Made by a program: the position numbers and the translations under genes. DNA of 11,794 nt from Archangiaceae bacterium. Lineage in GTDB: Bacteria > Myxococcota > Myxococcia > Myxococcales > Myxococcaceae. The stretch covers positions 1 through 11,794 of the forward strand of contig JAYVCD010000256.1 of assembly GCA_043750125.1 (NCBI GenBank), in the 5' to 3' direction. Within the stretch, counting starts at the first letter, position 1, and every line of letters begins with the position of its first letter. Shown here in pieces: positions 7,863 through 11,794 of this stretch. A model generated the notes under the pieces. The model searched no databases. It was not told the origin of the DNA and saw only the letters and a program-made list of their open reading frames with translations.

Positions 7863-8531
7863 TTACTTTTTGCCGGCCTTGTGAGCCGCGCGGGTGGCGA
7901 CCTTCACCGAAGGGCGAACGATCAACATTCCGTTGTTGTGACCTGCGACGCCGCCCTTGACCAACAGCAGGCCCTTGTCGGCGATCACTTCGATCACTTC
8001 GAGGTTCTGGGTGGTGTTGTTCTCGACGCCGTAGTGACCCGGCAGCTTCTTGTTCGGGTAGACGCGGCCTGGCGTCTTGCGCTGTCCGATCGCGCCCGGG
8101 TGACGGCGGTACTCGTGGGTCCCGTGGGTCTGACCGAAGCCGCGGAAGTTCCAGCGCTTCATCACGCCCTGCGTTCCACGGCCCTTGGTGACGCCAGTGA
8201 CATCGACCAGCTCGCCCTTGGTGAAGAGGTCCGGCTTCACCGCGTCGCCGAGGTTGAACTTGGCGGCTTCTTCGGCGTCGACGCGAAACTCTTTCTGGAA
8301 CTTGCGGGGAGTGGCGCCTGCTTTCTTGAAGTGGCCCAGCTGCGCCTTGCTGAGGCGGCTCTCTTTGACTTCGCCCCAGCCCAGGGTGACGGCCGAGTAC
8401 TTGTCTTTCTCGAGGGTGCGCTTGCCGACGACGATGCAGCTGTTCACGTCGATGACGGTGACCGAGATGGACATTCCGTCTTGATCGAAGACCGACGTCA
8501 TTCCGACCTTGATGCCGATTACGCCTTTCAT
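7863..8531 (-). CDS. rplC: 50S ribosomal protein L3
   Basis: 222 aa from ATG 8531 with AAGGA SD at 8543-8539. MKGVIGIKVGMTSVF N-terminus, VDVTGVTKGRG-x-QGVMKRWNF, THG...RHPGAIGQRKTPGRVYPNKKLPGHYG and QNLEV...LLLVKGGVAG are all L3 signatures. Confidence 0.97.
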   Translation of the reverse strand: MKGVIGIKVGMTSVFDQDGMSISVTVIDVNSCIVVGKRTLEKDKYSAVTLGWGEVKESRLSKAQLGHFKKAGATPRKFQKEFRVDAEEAAKFNLGDAVKPDLFTKGELVDVTGVTKGRGTQGVMKRWNFRGFGQTHGTHEYRRHPGAIGQRKTPGRVYPNKKLPGHYGVENNTTQNLEVIEVIADKGLLLVKGGVAGHNNGMLIVRPSVKVATRAAHKAGKK

Positions 8532-8595
8532 GTTTGAGTCCTTTTCGTCTCTCGCACATGGCGCGAAGCCAGAGGTGCGGTCCGGGACATCCGGA

Positions 8596-8633
8596 GGGGC
8601 GCGGCTCGTAGCAGCCCCCCGGGATGAAAGCAA
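8596..8633 (-). promoter_or_regulatory. Putative sigma70-type promoter for rplC with GC-rich discriminator
   Basis: Minus strand: TTGCTT (8633-8628), 17 bp, then TACGAG (8610-8605) preceded by TGc and followed by CCGCGCCCC. The -10 lacks the conserved last T. Confidence 0.5.
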
Positions 8634-8659
8634 TCAGCGGCCGCGCCCTTTCCGTTTCT

Positions 8660-9352
8660 TCAATGAACCCGGGTGGGCGGAGTCAGCTCGTCGGCGAGGA
8701 AGACCCGCACGTCCCAGGCACACTCTTTTTCGGCGCTCAAGGTCGGCTCGAGCTTTCCGACCCAGCCGAGGCTGGCCAAATCTGCCGCCACTTCGTCGGC
8801 CCCTTTCTTCGCCCGCTCGGCCTCGCGGGCGCAGTACTCGATGCGCGAGGTCTTCACGTCCTCGGCCAGCTTGTGCCCCCACCAGACGATGGTGGAATTG
8901 CGGCTCTTGTTCTTGTCGATCAGCGTGTCGAGAAGGAAGTTCACCCCCCGGGCCCTGGCGTTCTTGGTCAACAGCTCGACGCCGACCCGCTTCTCGCAGC
9001 CGAGGTAATGGCAGTAGTAGCTGCCGCCCGGGAGCATCGAGTCAGAGGGGATCGCCTTGACCAGCAGCGCGCGTTCGGCGGCGGCAGAGACTTCGGCCCG
9101 GTAGGGCTTGTTGAGTTCCTTGCACGCGGGGCCTTTGCAGGTGGCGATCTTCACGTCGACCGCATCGTCCTTGAAAGTCCACGAGCCCTTGAGCACGGTG
9201 TTGCCCTTCGCCTTGTCGACTTTCTCAGCGTGGTATTTCCCGTGGCTTTCGAAGGCCACGAAGCCTTCGGCGTTTCCGATTTCGGACCCGTCGATCAGAT
9301 CGAGCGCGGTGGGCGCTGCGGCGAGGACGGCGGTCAACACGGTCAGAAGCAT
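8660..9352 (-). CDS. Exported hypothetical protein, possible LytR_C-like C-terminal domain
   Basis: 230 aa, hydrophobic N-terminal signal, 6 Cys. Beta-rich N-terminal half (GSWTFKDDAVDV). C-terminal half V-x-V-x-L...SRIEY...AxxVAxxL...DVRVFLAD follows the LytR_C pattern. Starts 13 nt after the upstream gene's stop. Confidence 0.7.
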   Translation of the reverse strand: MLLTVLTAVLAAAPTALDLIDGSEIGNAEGFVAFESHGKYHAEKVDKAKGNTVLKGSWTFKDDAVDVKIATCKGPACKELNKPYRAEVSAAAERALLVKAIPSDSMLPGGSYYCHYLGCEKRVGVELLTKNARARGVNFLLDTLIDKNKSRNSTIVWWGHKLAEDVKTSRIEYCAREAERAKKGADEVAADLASLGWVGKLEPTLSAEKECAWDVRVFLADELTPPTRVH

Positions 9353-9365
9353 GGGCTCTCGAGGT

Positions 9366-10505
9366 TCAGGCGGCGACGCGGCGCAGCGAAGGGTGGGGGT
9401 CGGGACTGGCGTGAATCCGGAAAACGAACTTCAGGTAATTGACCAGGGCGATGCCGGTGTAGCTGACCGGAACGTAGCGGTAACCGCGTTTGATCAGGAA
9501 CCACGCCCACCTTGCCGCCAGATTGCCGCTGATCAGCCCGCGTCCCATCGGGGAAGTGAACGCCGAAGGGACGATGTGGCGATAGATCAGATCGTTCTGG
9601 TGGAAGTACCTGCGGGCGTGCCGGGCAAAGGCCCGTTTGCTGCGTGAGTAGATTTCCAGCCCGGGGTCGCCGAATGAGGGGTGGCACTCGATCTCGCTGC
9701 CGACCGCCCAGACTTCGGGAGGAACCTGGCGCCCGCGGGTCAGGCGCTTGAAGCGTTCGATCAACGCGACGAACGAATCACAGTTGGCCCGCATCGCGTC
9801 CTGAACCTTGCTTCCGTGGGCGAGGATCAGAATGTCGGCGGCGGCCAGCTGCAGGTCGGCCCCCGAGCAATCGTCCCCGAGGAAGTCGATGCCGTGCTTC
9901 AGCGCGACGACGGTCGCTCCTTCGGCTTCGAGAATTCGCTTCAGCGGCTCGCCCAACGCGCCCGACGCCCCGGTGAGCACCACGCGGCGGCCTGACATCG
10001 GGCATCCGGTGCCGAACAGCTTGTCGAACGCGGTGGTGACCGAGCCGAAGTAGCGGTCGGGGTAGACGTGATGAAGCGAGTGGTAGGGGAGCCCGACGAA
10101 CACTCCCCCCAGCGGCGCCGCGATGATTGCCTGTTCCCGGTGGTTGCTGTCTTTGCCCCCAAGCACAGCCCCGACCACGAAGCTTCCGAGGAACACCGCC
10201 TGGGTGGCGAGCACCGGCAGCAAGGGCAGCACCAGGAGCCCCGCCGAGGCGCCCAACAATTGGAACCCCAGCTCGCCGCTGCGGTGGCGCCAGAAGTTCT
10301 GGGCGATCAAGCGGTCGTCGAACTTCAATTGACGGTCGAGGAACGCGTGGTGGGTCTGGTGCAGCGCACCCAGGGACTGCAGCGCGCGGTACGGCGATCG
10401 GGAGCAGGCGTGCAGCGTCCAATGCATCAGATCGAAGACGAACGTCGCGCCCAGGTAGAGCAGGAAGACTTGAGCAGCCCAGGTCAAAGCGAACGTCGCG
10501 GTCAT
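9366..10505 (-). CDS. Bifunctional sterol-desaturase/fatty-acid-hydroxylase plus short-chain dehydrogenase fusion (MgdE-like architecture)
   Basis: 379 aa. N-terminal membrane domain with His boxes HWTLH, HQTHH, (DSN)H and HSLHH. C-terminal Rossmann motif VVLTGASGALG and catalytic YxxxK (YSRSK). Confidence 0.85.
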   Translation of the reverse strand: MTATFALTWAAQVFLLYLGATFVFDLMHWTLHACSRSPYRALQSLGALHQTHHAFLDRQLKFDDRLIAQNFWRHRSGELGFQLLGASAGLLVLPLLPVLATQAVFLGSFVVGAVLGGKDSNHREQAIIAAPLGGVFVGLPYHSLHHVYPDRYFGSVTTAFDKLFGTGCPMSGRRVVLTGASGALGEPLKRILEAEGATVVALKHGIDFLGDDCSGADLQLAAADILILAHGSKVQDAMRANCDSFVALIERFKRLTRGRQVPPEVWAVGSEIECHPSFGDPGLEIYSRSKRAFARHARRYFHQNDLIYRHIVPSAFTSPMGRGLISGNLAARWAWFLIKRGYRYVPVSYTGIALVNYLKFVFRIHASPDPHPSLRRVAA

Positions 10506-10545
10506 TTCTGCGCGGGTGAGTACCCCCGTTCGACCTTCACTTCAA

Positions 10546-11794
10546 ATGCTGTACAACCATGCGATGCCCGGCTTCCTCGAATCTTTCGTCAGCTGGGCCA
10601 ACGAGCGGGTCGCGCAGGCCGAAACCTTCGAGTCGGTCGACGGGTTGCCGGGACAAGGCGAGCTCGAGCTGGGGGGCCGCCGGGTGCTCAACGCCGACAG
10701 CACCGACTTGCTGGGCTTGAGCGCCGACCCCCGGGTGAAGGAAGCCGCTCAAGCGGCGACGCGAAAGTTCGGGGCGCAGGGGACGCCGGGAATGAAGCCG
10801 CTGCACGAGCTCGAAGAACGGCTCGCCGCATTCACCGGGTGTCAGGCGGCGGTGGTGACGCCCAGCTTCGAAGCCGCCTTGTTCCCCGTCGTCGAAGGCG
10901 CCGACCGGGTGCTCACCGACGCGCGCAGTGATTTTACCGAGCGCGAGTTTCTGCATGCCATCGCGGCGCACTCGGCAAGGTTTCGCGACACCGAAGATCT
11001 CGAGGCGCTGCTCAATGGGGAACCCGAGACGCCGAGCCTGATCGTGGTCAGCGCCGTGCACCCCTACGAAGGAGACTTGGCCGCCCTGCCCCGCATCGCC
11101 GAGCTCGCCGGAAAAGCAAAGGCCGGCCTGGTGGTCGACGAGTCGCTGTCGCTGGGGCTGTTGGGAAGCTCGGGCGCGGGGTCGGTCGAGCACTTCGGGC
11201 TCGCCGATCAGGTGACCCTGGTGCTGGCCTCGTTGGGCGGAGCGCTGGGCTCGCGCGGCTGGGTCATCGCCGGCCCCCGGGCGGTGATCGACTTCGTGCG
11301 GGATCACCTGGACGAGAACGCCTGCATCTCGCCTCCTTCGGCCGCCGCAGCGCTCAAGGCGCTGGAGATCATTCAAAGCGAGCCCGCGCGTCGGATTCGC
11401 GCGTGGGAATTGGCCCAGCGTCTTCACACCGGCCTGCGCTCGCTGGGGTTCGACACCGGGCCATCGGTCACGGCGCGGGTGCCGGTGTGGATTGGCGACG
11501 AAGTTCGATGCGAGCGCCTCGCCCGCGTCTTGCTCGAGACCGGAGCTCGCGTTCGGGCCGTGCCGCTGCGAGGCCGGGCGCGGCTGTTGTTGACGCTGCA
11601 GGCGACCCATACCGACGCTCAGGTCGACCAACTGCTCGAGCTGCTCGAGAAGCACGGACGGCGCATCGGGGTCCTCGATGGTCCCCGTCGGGTCGAGCCT
11701 GACGCGGTTCATCTGGCGCGGCCGGGCACGTTCGTCACCCGTTCGATTTGTGGCGCCCACTGGGACGAAGCGCCGGTGGTGGCCATGCCTTCAG
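10546..11794 (+). CDS. Alpha-oxoamine synthase (BioF/serine palmitoyltransferase) family protein with degenerate PLP site; 3'-truncated by the window
   Basis: Not in the ORF track because it has no stop. Open frame from ATG 10546 (or the in-frame ATG 10564) to the end: ...GRRVLNADSTDLLGLSADPRVKEAAQAATRKFG...ELEERLAAFTGCQAAVV...VHPYEGDLAALPRIAELA...LVVDESLSLGLLGSSGAGSVEHFG...ASLGGALGSRG...LRSLGFDTGPSVTARVPVWIGD...ARLLLTLQATHTDAQVD. Colinear with the BioF/KBL/SPT fold. Confidence 0.85.
   Translation, partial: MLYNHAMPGFLESFVSWANERVAQAETFESVDGLPGQGELELGGRRVLNADSTDLLGLSADPRVKEAAQAATRKFGAQGTPGMKPLHELEERLAAFTGCQAAVVTPSFEAALFPVVEGADRVLTDARSDFTEREFLHAIAAHSARFRDTEDLEALLNGEPETPSLIVVSAVHPYEGDLAALPRIAELAGKAKAGLVVDESLSLGLLGSSGAGSVEHFGLADQVTLVLASLGGALGSRGWVIAGPRAVIDFVRDHLDENACISPPSAAAALKALEIIQSEPARRIRAWELAQRLHTGLRSLGFDTGPSVTARVPVWIGDEVRCERLARVLLETGARVRAVPLRGRARLLLTLQATHTDAQVDQLLELLEKHGRRIGVLDGPRRVEPDAVHLARPGTFVTRSICGAHWDEAPVVAMPS

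Noticed and set aside
5070-8559. Long alternative ORFs (5070-6089 +, 6875-7960 +, 7342-8559 -, 7674-8537 +)
   Set aside because: They overlap well-supported genes in other frames or on the opposite strand, have Arg/Gly/Ala-biased composition and show no domain features.
8532-8633. 34-aa N-terminal extension of L3 from TTG 8633
   Set aside because: L3 homology starts at MKGVIG (8531), which has an SD; the extension covers the predicted promoter and leader.
10537-11760. 407-aa minus-strand ORF from the track
   Set aside because: Antisense shadow of the plus-strand oxoamine-synthase-family gene; no recognisable motifs, typical of high-GC DNA.
10546-11794. Calling the last gene bioF or a pseudogene
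   Set aside because: No PLP lysine and no biotin genes in view, so bioF is unsupported; no frameshift or stop is seen, so pseudogene is unsupported too.

Overview
GC-rich, probably myxobacterial (Myxococcales-like) chromosomal window. Most of it is a tightly packed minus-strand run: an orphan ribosomal protein L3 gene (rplC, with no rpsJ or rplD beside it), a 77-Cys lipoprotein, a MIDAS-type VWA lipoprotein, two GltA/GltB(NfsA/B)-type outer-membrane beta-barrels, a GltC/NfsC-type TPR protein, a small exported protein with a PilP-like pattern, and the 5' part of a GltD/NfsD-type TPR protein that runs off the left edge. It looks like a paralogue of the Glt gliding / Nfs spore-coat trans-envelope machinery carrying its own candidate adhesins. 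Further right are an exported hypothetical protein (possible LytR_C-like C-terminus) and a fatty-acid-hydroxylase/SDR fusion (MgdE-like). Divergent from these is an alpha-oxoamine synthase (BioF/SPT) homologue that lacks the PLP lysine, like the non-catalytic LCB1/SPTLC1 subunit. No RNA genes, mobile elements or CRISPR arrays were seen. All family calls come from recognising motifs by eye; no database search was run.
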